The position numbers and the translations under genes are program-made. A DNA stretch of 64,000 nt from Coniocarpon cinnabarinum (Eukaryota). Numbering within the stretch: position 1 is the stretch's first letter; each line of letters starts with the position of its first letter. The notes under the pieces were generated by a model. It searched no databases. It had not been told where the DNA came from and worked only from the letters and a program-made list of their open reading frames with translations. The DNA is taken from positions 62,001-126,000 of the forward strand of contig JAVECO010000036.1 in the NCBI GenBank assembly GCA_051942205.1, written 5' to 3'. Shown here piece by piece: positions 47,853-61,013 of this stretch.

Positions 47853-50800
47853 AATGATTCTCCTTGTCACTCGACGCGCCACTGACGACGGCGTACTTGA
47901 ATTTTGAGCGCGAACGAAACCTCTTGAGCCTCAACAGCTGCATATTGCTGTGTGTTGAGGCTGAGTTTACAGTATCAGAATGCACACCTGTTCAAAAGCG
48001 ACTATCCCTCTCATTGCTACAATAAGGATTCGCCTAATCTTCAGAGCGTTAATCACGACTGACGAGGACCAGCAAGGTATTGGGAGAGTGATCATAGATC
48101 AGCAGTACTTGATGAAAGTTACGACTTTGAATCATCGTTTCCCGGCAAGCGCATTCACCTTCGGAGAGGGCTAATCCCACGCCCGCGCCAGGGGTGAGTC
48201 TGATTCAGCATCACCAAGGTCTTCTCGTTTCTGTCTCCATGCAACTTGCCGAAACCACCGAACGCCAGCGGCTCCACTTGATTCTAATTCGGCTTGGAAG
48301 CTTCAATGACCTGCGAACCGAATTGGGTGACAATGAAGTCACGACTTCGGCAGCGACTTCAATCTTGAACCCTGGCGTACAACCCGCTGTTTGACGGCAA
48401 CAAGCTGTGATGATCAGAGCCACCAATCAAAAGCAATATCAGCGCATTGTATGGCATTCTCTCACTTCGCACATAAGCTGAGACCGAGCCTTCAGAGGTT
48501 CACCCGGTCCAAACTGCCCGCAGAGTCCTCGTAGGTCCCGTAGTGCAGATGGCAAGATGTATTTAAAGGAGAAGATTATCAAAACCGCTGGTTGCAAGTT
48601 CAGTGTTCGATCGTTGGCTCTCGGGATAAGGGATTGGGACACCATTCTGACCCCTGCTCTTTCAGCGAAAGCTGGCCAAATAGGGTATTGAAGATCTAAC
48701 GACAACGATGAAACACCCAAGCAACTTGCAGGATGCCGAAAGCGCTAGGTCATTGCGCAAGGAATTGAAGGGGTATCTCGCGCTCGCTGGTATGAGCCCC
48801 CGCCAAAGCTCTCCTGCGAGGGTTAAAGGATCATAATTATGATTACTTAGACTTTGACAGTGACTCGTAAGTAAATTGAATGAATACATAGATGCCACAT
48901 ACCCAGAGCACAGTGCAATACCGTGGCCAGTGATGGTCAAACAAACAACAATGGAACATCAAGATTTGAGAGTAAATCAACAGCTTCGACCTTCATTAGC
49001 AAGCCATCTCAAGTTGTCAGATCGGAAAAGGGACGAGCAGAGAATACGAGAATTACGTCTCTGTGCTCGAGAGAGCAACCAGACGGCCGGTAGTCGCGGT
49101 AGAAAGCATGTTAGAAACAGCTATGACCGTCAAAAACATCCCGAAACAGGAATCTGGAGCGAGATGTTTCAGATTATGACTGTGAGACAGCCAAGCGCAA
49201 TAGTTCAACTAATCTTGATTAAATTATCTCATGTGTATGTTCCAAGTTGCCACCCAAAAGCACTTAATTAGCAAAAGAACTCCTCTCTGATGAGATTGGG
49301 ATCGGGATACGCTGCAGTATGATCTCGTTGCTGGCTACCTTCGCTAGAAGACAAAGGAACCAGCTCAATAGCCCCGAGCCATCAGGTAACTTGGTCCACA
49401 AGCTCCCCAGCAATTTCAACCGCCAGCCGAATTCACTCTGTGCGCCATCAGCGATGGGAGAATTGGTCTCTAAAAGACGCTAGAGCAAATAAAGACACTT
49501 GTCAGTGCCCAGGCAACAGGGTGGCGTGACCGCTCCGTGCTCGCACCGACCTATCGTCACTCAGAGGGGGCACGAAACTGGGCACTAGTGTTGCCCCTGC
49601 CAACTTTTCCACCTGCCCCGCCGCTCTTCTTTATAATCTTCCCTCTCCTCTTCCGCTTCTTTCTTTCTGCAAGTAACAGTCTATCTATGCAACCATCGGA
49701 AAAACAGTTCCTTAGGGGTCTCTCCTCCACCCCGAGGTCTGTCTCTCACCAGCGAGCGGCCAAACATACGCTCGCTGGTGAGAGTGTATGGTGCGGTTCG
49801 ATGCTGCCCGGTATGCTCCAAATCGTCGGTCGGAGGAACAGTCGAACAGAGTTCATGCTAATGCCCCTCTGAATAGCTCATTCATCAAAATCGGCGTCAA
49901 GCCCCCAACCCCCGCTCCTTTCTGTCAAGGTGAGTGCCTTTTCTTTACCGTGGTGATGATCTGCATCATCATCTCCAGCGTCTGCCAGTCACCAGCATTG
50001 GATGAATCGTTCAGCAACGCGAGTTCTCACTGCGGTACTGCTTGCGGTGTCGACCAGCTGCGCAATTCACCCCTCTCAATCTGACCGTGGCGACACTCAG
50101 TCTCGCCCGATCGTTTCTTTAAACACATCGCTCGACCTGCAAGAATGTGACTGACTTCTCATGCAATCAGGGTCTTGGGGTTGCCTTTCCGGTTCATCGA
50201 CGCACTGATGGTCATCGGCAACTTGCTCGTCATCTGCCTACTGGTGTCGCCGCCGGTGACCATCAGTGCGGGGCGCCGTGGCTATTTTGGACGCTCGGCA
50301 GGACTGTGTGGCTCATGGCTATTCAGTCCTTGTTTCTTTGCGCATCGCAATTTGGGACATTGGTGCGTCCGGCGTCGAGCATCAAGCGGGATCCACATAC
50401 AGCCAGAAGACACATCCAAACATGTTGTCAGCACGAGTCACAAGCCAGAGCCCAGCTTCATCCATCTTCTTGCTCGACATGTCCCCAGTGATGTCCCTAA
50501 CACCGTCAACTGAAAGTTAGTACAAGATACAAATCACCTCAGGTTCCCAGTAAGCATGAAATCAGCTGACATGGCTACAGTACGATAACCAAAAACACTA
50601 CCTTGAGTCAAAATTCCATCGCATGGCGGTCTTCAGCCACCAGGGACGCAACCGTCATCTTCGTATCTTACCTGCCCACTGCTACTCACCACGCTCATTT
50701 GTCCAGCGCCCTCACGCATGCGTTTATCGACCCCATGTCGATGAAGATGAGGTCAAGTTATTTGACGGTACCATAGCATCACGGCGGGCTCAGACAATTT

Positions 50801-53800
50801 TCAAGACTCGATGACGGTACATATAATCAGAACATGATACCAGACGCTAGCCCATGCTTGCGCGAAGATTGTATCGAACACGGTGTGCACGAGATCACAA
50901 GCCAGTTCGCTCTTCGCCAGTCCGGTCACCCAGAAAACCCTGTGAATCAACACGATCACGTCAGAACCAATCCAAAGACAGTCCTGCAATGTGACCATGG
51001 CGCAGCCGGCTGTCCACAAGACCGCAATTGGTGAGGCATGACGTTCCAGTGAAGCACGTCCGTCATTTATAACTTTCAAGAGAGACGCTCCAAAGGCTGC
51101 GTGTGGTCCAACGAACATCTCAAACACTGCAATTGGAATTGGTTCTCGAGGGGCAACCCTACCCCTTCGGCAGCATTGATGTCTCGGGAGTATCGGCCGG
51201 AGTCCTGTGCTGAGAATCGCAGACCACCCATGAAGGTCGGCATCTCGGGCAAGACTCTGGTCAATACTACCGGGACATAAATGCTGCTAAGTACCCTCGT
51301 CATCCAACGGAGCCGGCCGTACCGGCTGTGCTGTCAGCCGACGTCGCCAACTACAATGGCGTCGACCTTCTTGGTGCCGCACAGACTCTGGGAAGTCTGC
51401 TCAAATTCGTTCGCCAAGAAGCGAAACCTTCCCAACTCGCTGTCGCGGTCTTTGCGAACATACTCCTCCTGATTTGCAGGAAAATTTCGCTACAGCAGAC
51501 TGTTTGAATTCTACACGTCTACGGCCACATTCACTCGCTAGGTGTCAGACTCTCAGCATTTGTCCAACGTTCAGCATTTTTCAGGTATGCTGGGAAGCCG
51601 GAAGCTTAATGATGAACATTATTGTCGAGATAGACCCTGAATAATTGTTGAGACCAAAAGCTGCAGTCACGTCCCTTCGATGACTTCCTCGTCCGTCCCC
51701 TCTAACGAGAGGCATCATTCGCCCGTTAATCCATCGGTTCCGGCGTGTGACGCTTTTTGCCCTCTTGCTTTACGAAGTGGTGAGGAAGTTGTTTGACGTC
51801 AATACAAGCGACGTCTTGGATGTTCCGCAAAAACGCTCAATGCCCGCGTTGAGAGCATTTGATAGCGCTCGAAGAGCGTCCATTCGCTCACATGAAAATG
51901 CGTACAAAACATCACGTGATTGGTAGCGTTGCGAGAAGAGGTGATGGTGAGCCAACAGAATTTTCCTACAGAGTGCGCATGGTCGTCGACTTGCAGCTCG
52001 TCCGCCCGATCGAGGATAAGGAAGAGGACGAGGGGAGCAAAAGTAGACGCAGGGAGGTCACGATGACGAAAACTACCATGATGATGACTGGTCTGATCCC
52101 CTAACTCTCTGCTGGGCACGACGTACTTGCGATGCACCCCCGATGCGTTTTGTCGCAAGGTTTCAGGAGCGCTAAATCATTTTAATGTTTATAATACTAT
52201 GCATTGCTTTAGCAAATTCTCCGGCTTGCAATTGAGCGTCTACTGTAAATATAAGCCTTGCAAGTACGCGGGTGGGGAGCTGTCAGGGGCTGAGCGGCCA
52301 AAAGCGTTTTGTGAGCTCGCATGAGATACAATCGGTCGTTATCATCAAGGTGCTGAGGCTCATTATTATTTCAATGTGCTGCAAAAGATGGCCACAGACC
52401 TGATTAAGATTGTCAAGGTCTTTGCAAGGTATTCAATGAGGCTGTTCCCCTCAGACAAGAATGGTTGCATCACCTTACACTCTTTCCTTCCAAACATGAG
52501 AAGTTGTCTATCAAGGCACAACGATCATTACGAGTCCAGCAACCATCATCTCGCCCTCGCTCATGCTTAGGTCAAGCATGCAGCGCAAGCTTCCCCTTGC
52601 AACGTGTGGAGTCGCACGCAGCACGTTGGAATGGCAGCAGCCGTAGCAACAGGGGCTCGCACTACGTCGCGCGCACGGTTCAAATTCGCCATCGATCGGC
52701 AATCCTGATGTATGACTGATTTTCACGAGTAATGTCGCGCATCACCAAAGTCATTCCTTTCCAACACCCGCAAGCATCTTGTACTCTCTCAAACGCACTA
52801 CGAAGCTATTTTAGCTTTAATTCTGTTGTGAAGTCCCCTGTTCGTGAGTTCTCATGCGTAAAGGTGAGGACGTAACATGATGAGACGACTCTGTGCTTTT
52901 CGCAAAGGTATATGCATCATGCCTTCCCAAGTGCCCGCGGAATGTTTGAATCTCTTCACAGCCTTGACGTTCCCTTCGACTCGTTTATTTGCTTTCTTTT
53001 CATTGAAAGATATCCGTTTGCGTAGGAACGAGGGGCATCATTATGCTGCAATTATACTGCTCGGCTGCGATCAGATTAATAGGCAGTGACATCGAGCCTG
53101 CGACGATGGACTACGTCAAAAGCTGGAATATGCCCGCCTGGCGTGGTTGTCTGAGCAAAATCCTTAGAGAACATTTGAGACCGCATTTGAGACAAATGAC
53201 GCGAATCGGGTTGCATTGCTGGACACATATATCAGTTGCTTCAACAGAGGCAGTTTCTGTGTAATAAGGAGCTTTGAAGGACAATCTGTGCACCCATCTG
53301 CACCCAGGGGTATCTTAATAAGAAAGTCCTCTCTGATATTTTTTTAATGTAGTCACGGCTAGATACTTCCTACGCTGAAACTGCGCAGTATCACCAGACC
53401 CGAGCGCAGCCACCTCGCATGCTCATGCGGTTGGATGGCTAACGTATGATTCTCCCCTCTCGCTAGATTTCATAAGTTGTTCAAGGGCTAATATTGATCA
53501 TGATCTTGCAGTAGCTTGGGAAGCGTCTTGTAGCTTATATCATAAGACCACCGAAACTGAAGCTGCTTGTTACTGGACAGCAATTTCCATGCTTATAATC
53601 GATTCATACGCTGGGCAGCGCATTATGTCACTAGAACAAGGATGTGTTTGAAGACTAGGATGAGGGGTATCTTTATTAATCGTGATGTATCCTTGATGAC
53701 GTATGCTTCGATGTAATTTCAAGCTGTAATCAAGCATAACTTGCGCATAGACGAACGTTTGCTGATGATAATAAGAAGCCATCGATTCGCGATTCCATCT

Positions 53801-53986
53801 TCATCAGCAGGCCTCGTCAGGATCGAAAGACGTAGATAAGTATTCTATCAACTGGTTTCCTGCGCCTCTACTCCCTTCAGAGCAACCCAAATGTTAGTAG
53901 ATCAGACATTTATTGTTGATCGGCGTGCCGCAGCGCTGTTAGATTTTTATCAATCGAATTAAGTAGTCGCCGGTCATACGTCATGT

Positions 53987-55743
53987 GTCACATGAATTTT
54001 ACAGATGATCACATGTCATATATGACGAGTCTAGATATCAAGTCGCGGGACGTTCGAGACACGGCATTTTGTACAAAAACTACATCTCACTCTTTTGTGT
54101 CATCAACCCAGGGGCTTATGCTCACTGCACGCACGTTTCGGCACACTGGCCAGGCCATGCATCACGATGTGGAAGTGCGACGGCGTGTCCATATGATGAC
54201 CGTCATCAACGCTAACCAAGATCCGGCGCACTGACACTTCCAAGGAGATTTGCCGACTACTCAAATGCTTACGATTCTCAAGCCCCTCCTCTAAAATGTC
54301 TCGCTGCTTCATGGCTGTCATTCTTTCCTCTTGCTCCCAGCAGGTGATACCACGTAGTCTACCTCTTAAATTGCCCTGACTTGCTTGACGGAGGTAATCA
54401 CATGTCCCGGCTGTTGCCGTAGACACATATCCTTACGATTCTGTGTGTACGCTCTTCTGTACCAGACCGCATACTTTCAGTCACCCAAAAATACTCCAAG
54501 AGAGGGGCTACTTCATTTCAAATCCGCTGAGTCTTGTCCAAACACACGATCAACGGATGAGAATACCCATGCACAAGTCCCGCGATGATCATCGTCACCT
54601 CGGCTGGTCTTTCAGCACCATACAGTCTTGTGAAGCAGTTGATGGTTGCTATGATTGTGTTGCTAGGCCAAAAGAGACACTGCTCTTTCCCCTCCCTTAC
54701 TTCCGCGGGCAGAAAAACGGTTTTCTTTTCTATGCGCTGAATGGTTATCACAGAAAGATCATTCGCAACTTGACCAACTCTCTATAGGAATTCGATAGAG
54801 TAAAGGCTTCCAACGATTGTCAAAGCAAAGCCTGGAAGGTACGAATGAATAGCTCAAACAAAACAGTGAAAGTATGCAAGCGGCACACTGGACAACGAAC
54901 AGGGGCCTGCGCATCCTCGAAAAAAAGAAACGAGCTCGAGGTACAGAGCAGTCAGGCAATATGTCCACATCTTCACACACCAGCAGAAATGTGTACGACT
55001 ATCCACGCACAGATGCAGTGATGCACCGGCTGCGATGGATGCATCATTAATCATTATCAGCGTAAGCCGCGATCACCCCTCATTGCCTACAAGTAACTTA
55101 TCTCGTCGCCAGGCGTAAACGAGGACACCAGACAGCATGTACTGTCCCCTCTTGTCGGCGTTGTTAAATTCTATGTCCTCTCATCGATCGAATTGAGAGC
55201 ATGAGAGCTTAACCGGCAAGTCTGTGTATATCAACACTTATTTTTACGATCACATGCCACATCACATGGGGCAGTCTAACACACCACCCTCATCAATGAC
55301 CAAGGAATTGTTTACAGCGAAATCAATGAATGCCTTAGTAATTAATTGTGAAGAAGGTAATGCCGCAGGGGCATTTGCAGAGTTTGCGGACAGTCCATAG
55401 AAAACGAGGAGCAACAGCTCGTCTGCTGTGGCGGTCATAATGCACTCGAGTTCGCGGATCGATATCATGACGCATTCGCGTCTATACAGCTATAATCTTC
55501 GATGCTCGTTATTATCAAGTACAAGCTTCAAAACTTTTAAGAGTGCTAAGTATTACGAATGACTCCCAAGGCAACAAATAACATTGCCTGCCCCTAATTT
55601 GCATGCGACTTTGAAAACAGTCTTGTTTCTGTACAATAAGGTCGTAAGAGGCGAGAGCTCCACCAGCAGGCTTTTGACCCATCTTCAATTGCGTGTGCGA
55701 TCACATGCCACGTCAGTCACATGTAGCCTTGGACTATCACATG
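53987..55743 (+). promoter_or_regulatory. Cluster of eight RTCACATG E-box (bHLH / Cbf1-type) motifs
   Basis: TCACATG at 53988, 54009, 54398, 55250, 55262, 55701, 55717 and 55737, each preceded by a purine and all on the + strand. Function is inferred. Confidence 0.5.
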
Positions 55744-58700
55744 TTAGCAAAATGTGACGAAAGGGACCTTTAATGCAGATCGAAAAATTGTCAACAGCTA
55801 CAACTATTCATTATTTAGGCATCAGATGTGTTGTACAAGACTCGGCAGGGGCAGTCGCATTACCAGCGCACATCAAAACCACGGAAGGAGGGGAGAGTCG
55901 TCTTGTAGATGCGAAGACTTGGCTTGATGATCATGGTCGTTATGAAAGGTGTCATGCGCGTTGATAAAAGTTTCGCAGTCTCTCGCTGATTTAGCGACAG
56001 CACCCCTGCGCTTGCTAGCCGACGACCACGTCGATGGCTATGTCGAGAACTGCCGTTGAGACTTCCTCCACAATTCTGGTTGAGGTCTATAGCACCTCCC
56101 CTTTGCCATATGGGACGATGTAGCGTCCTCAGTGCAGCCTAGATGAAAACCGACAAGTGCTGTCGATGCCATCTCCGGATTTTTGCGTTATCTGAAGAGA
56201 ATGCTTGAATTGTCCACGGTAGAGAGAAGCACTGTAGAGGAGCGATGCGACCCAGTTTTAACCAAGCAAAGACTTGGAGGGGCCTCCTTATCGCTCCGAT
56301 GAAGATTTACTATGCGGACGGTCAAAGTATCGTACGAGTATGGGCTTCAGCGTCTTCGAAGTACCAACACTGATGGTCGTCCTTATTTCTTAAGAAGCAC
56401 ACCGCAAGCCGCACGTCGTAACACAATCAAAACACATGTTGCATGGAGTGTGAGACCCATTTATTACACACTTTTTGGCCATTCCATCAACGAAAATGAG
56501 AGCCAGCAATAACGGGCAGACGCGTTTCCAAGCACGCAGCTGTCAACGCCTTAAAGAGAGTAAACTTGCATGCTCAAGCATTGGATCTGTGATTAGTCTC
56601 GTCAGCAGTGGCGTCATCACCGCAATTCAAAATAAAGCGCAGAAGATGGAACACTGGCGATTCAAGACCTGCATGCCCTACGCTAAACGAGAACAATGAG
56701 GGGACCTATGCAGCTCATGTCCCCATCTCGCAAGAGTAGGAAAGCATGTGCAATTGTATACTCGAATTGCCTGCTTGTTTCTTCAGATTTTGAGTTGACA
56801 CCGCAAGTACTTATAGTAAGCACTATACGGCCAGTACTAGCACATCAAGTGGCACTCTTTCCTCAGAAACCGGGAAGCAGATGGTGACATGGCAGTATTA
56901 ATAAAGCACTGCTGGAAATAGTGAAATACTCAACGTGGAACACCCAACAAGAGTCAAATGGAATGCAGAGACACGCGTGTGAACTGGAAGGGGCACCGCA
57001 TGGAAGATCCCCATTCAATTTGGCCCATCGCGAGGCTTTACAGATGCGATGATCCTCAGCAGCAGCAGCCTCATCACCTTGATTCAACATCAGGTCCAGA
57101 AGGTCGAACTCGTAGTTTGATACTTGTATCCTCTTCCCTATTCAATCTCTAGGATTGGAAATGCGCGGTCCAGCTCCCCTCGCACACTGCTGTGACACTA
57201 TTTGCAGTGATAGCGTTGCTGTATTATTTAATTTGATTCAAAATTCCGCTGACACATTGCCGGTACTTATCTTTGACCGGGCACTTCAACAATGCTAACA
57301 CACCTCATGCGATAGCATCCATGATATGACCGTCCCTGTGAAAAGCAGAAGGGGATGGTAGCTTGACATGGGTCATATAATGGTGCAGACTGACTTGGGC
57401 GATTCGGTCAAAAAAGAGGGAAATGGATTCAGCCAGCCTGTGCCAATTGCTAGGGGACATGAGAGCCATCATGTTTTGTCGGCGTCACGCAGAAGTCGTT
57501 GAGACTGTTGAGAAGTTTGTCACATTAAAGCAATTCGCTTGCTGCGGTGGCGCATGACGGTAAAGATCGCCATATTAGTTGAGGTGATTACGAGTGCACA
57601 GATAAACTGGGGCGTTGATATGCTTAAAGCCGATGGTCAGTCAGCCCCTGCGATGTCGCTCTTGTACTCTGATGTAATAAAGGTCTCACGAATGTCCGAG
57701 ACTGTAATGAAAGAGCCGCTGTAAAATGTTGTTATATATTGCATACCCAAAGTACGAGCATGCAATCGAATCAGTCTCAGCAGTGGAATAGCCTTGGTAC
57801 CATTCAGTAGCAGCACTTGCGCTTCAATGTCCCTAGGATCTCTTTAATTCTCCCATCTTCATTGATGCGCACTTTCTCATTGACACTTACGTCTTGATCG
57901 ATGATCACCCTCATCACTTGAGGAAACGAGAGGAGCCAAACGCCAGACTTCGCGGGTTGTAGGCTTGTGTAAGATATTAGCACTTCGACCCCTTTAGAGT
58001 GGACCTGTCTGATAACTCCAGACAAACTCCCAGCGGTAATGAAAACGAATGATTTCACGGAGCGGTCCTAAGTACTCTCTTTTGCACCACATGACCTGAC
58101 TCGATCAATGATCAAGACTACATATGTTAGCATGATCGATTATCTTCATGGCTCTGGAACTTGGTTGTATATATAATCATCATCTTCTAAGCCTTCACGA
58201 TCGCGAGTGGCAAATGCCAAATCCCGAGAAGACAGTAAAGAGCAGCGTTTCCCTGCAAAGTGAATCCATGCATTCTCATAAAGTGTGACCCGTAATCTGC
58301 CTTCGTACAGTTGCAGTCTATGCAACGTCCATCATCAGCTTACCAAAACAAACAAAGTCGAAAAAGAAATGAATAGTGCGCAAAAATTCGCGTGAAGACG
58401 CTCTAGTGCCCCCTCAACATTATTGCCATGTCTGTAAGTCGGCTTTTGGGATGGTACAGAGCAAGATAGAAGCGGACTGGGATTTTGAGTGTTCTTTATA
58501 CTGACTGGACGATACTCTTAGTAGCGTTCATGATCTGCCAATGATAGTAGACAGCCTGCAGAAAGGCCCAGGTGCTTGTTGGTGACTGCCATCATCACTT
58601 GCAAGATGCAAAGAGGACGAGGGCTTGATCGTGATAGAGATGGTGGATATGGATCTTATCTTTCCCCTAAAGTGATAGAATGCATTGACAACCTTTACTC

Positions 58701-59448
58701 CCCGGCGATGAGCATGTAAAGACGCTTGGGTTGGCGGGATAAGAAAGATGTTCTCCTGTTTACCAACTTTTGCCCTGCACTTCTCCGCTGTAACGTTCTT
58801 GCCACTATCTTTCTTCGCGTCAGCCTGAGGGTTATCAGATATTGCAAGGATAGGAGAGACTATCGAATGACGCAGCTGCTCATATGCGGGGGAAGCAAAG
58901 AGATTGTGGTATATTAGACCTCATCTCTCTGACATTGTTGCTGTAAGCGATCGTGCCTGCACGAGGGTAAACAAGTTATGAAGTAGCTCTAGGGGCCAGA
59001 GCTCGACTTCCCAGCTTACACAAAAGCGGACCTTGGCATTACCTCTTTTCATCACACACAGCTTAATCTTAAAAGCATCTGCGCAGCGACGTTGATCGTC
59101 ATCACATCCCAGACTCATATGCGCTATGCAAAGAGAAGAGAACGTTCAGACTGCTGCTCCACTACTCCAGACGTGAGCAGGTTCTTCCCGTCCTGATCCT
59201 GAAAGTTTTCAGCTGATATCTGCACATTTCAAGATAAACACGCTGTGGACGCTGATGAGTAAAACGCCTTTAAGTCTCGCTCCTGTACGCCACGAAGGTT
59301 CTTGTCTGGAGAATGCTCAGACAGTTGGCGCAGCTGATGATGCGCTCCAGTTGCTGACGAAACTATTGATGTATTAATACTTAGTGCTCGAGTCCTGCAA
59401 CGATTTCATAGCAAGGAGAAGCGCATTCAGCACGGATACCAGTCAAGA

Positions 59449-59493
59449 GCAGTTCGAGAGCAGGCAGTTCGAGAGCAGGCAGTTCAAGAGCAG
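59449..59493 (+). repeat. Minisatellite, 3 x 15 bp (GCAGTTCRAGAGCAG)
   Basis: Read directly from the sequence. Confidence 0.85.
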
Positions 59494-61013
59494 GGGTTAG
59501 TGACATTTTCGCTGCGCTCGTTCCACATAGCTCGTCAGACTGTTACGAGACTTGAGATATAGATGATGCTATGCAGTGTTTTCAATGGCTTCGGCTGAGA
59601 TGACCATGAGTCGATGCACATGAAATCGCATGTTTCTGATCATCATGTGTGACAAGTCGAATTGTGATCAAAGTCGGCTCTCAAGACTCAAAGCAGAGAG
59701 AATTTTGGACCTGCACTGGAGATGTTTGTTATAGTGGCTTTGACGTGCTAAGGGAGAGGGGTATACTGCACATATGCTCTTACTTATGCACCAACCATAA
59801 CCGCTCACCTCGGAAGACGTTGCATCAATGCTCATACCATGCGAGGCCGTTGACAATCATCACTATAATTCCATGCGCACTCGGAACAAAATGGTGCGAG
59901 TCGTGTTTCATGAATCAGCATCGAGTACGAATTGCCCCTAGGAGGTTCGTCCGATTTGTGGATAAGCCTTGTAGCTTGCTGTGAGCGTGTGAGAACTAAT
60001 GTATATGAGGGTAATTTTTATACCGTACCACCCCTCGATTTCTCGCTGAGCCTCTTCGCCCTACCCCTCTTCGCCCGCTCCCCGTCGCCCTCCCTTCTCC
60101 ACCGCACCATCCATGCTACATCCCAAAGACCCAATCATTCCAAGTCGTGCATCAGTACCATTAATTCTGTATCTGTGCTTGTTACGGTGACAATCATCAC
60201 AGCTGTGAAGAATGAAAGGAGACGTGAGAGATATCTTATGTTTGACTGATGCTGTAACATACAATGAGACAAGCCCCTAAAGTCTGATGGTCGTCCAGTT
60301 AGTAGATACTCCTTCAGTGTTGAAACAATGCAATACATGAAGAGAGCAATAAATACTTCCGCCCTTTCAATCATCAAACAACTTCTCCAACAGTACGTCA
60401 TATTAACCTCTATATTATGATGATCACCACCAGCAAAAAGCGAGACAACAACAAGGGTCCAAGACATCAAGCCTGACGAATGAACGCCAATCCCCAGCGA
60501 TCGAAGTATTCCCTCTGATCTCGTGAAGACGAATCCCCATCGGTGCTTCTCTGTTCAGATATTAGACCAAAGGCAAAGTGACGCTCATACATTCCCAGCT
60601 TCATCACGAGCAGACTCATCGCTCACACGTGCCGCTAATCCCTTACCCTGAGGATGAACGGCGTCATCGCCCAACTACGACACGAAGTCAGCGCAAGTGA
60701 AAAGGTGTCAAGATTCTGTCTGACGAGGCAAAAGACAGATCTAACGCCCCTGTACTGCCCGAAATCGCGATTCAACATGCATAGAGCTTGTGATCAAGAT
60801 TGGAGACATCACTGTAGATTTAATTTTATGAGTGTTTGAGCCTCCGCTATTTGCCTGTTTGCTTGTGTAGGAGACTAGGTACCCGACCATGGCAGAGAGA
60901 GCATCATTGCCGCTCGCACATGGCCTTTGTGGCGTGAGCAGCACTTCTAGCCTTTCATAACTCCAAAAGCATCCGTACATGTCTGACGGCCAAACGCTTA
61001 TTCGTTGAGAAGC

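Noticed and set aside
59449..59493. Direct repeats as a CRISPR-like array
   Set aside because: Head-to-tail 15-mers with no spacers in a eukaryotic genome; a simple minisatellite.
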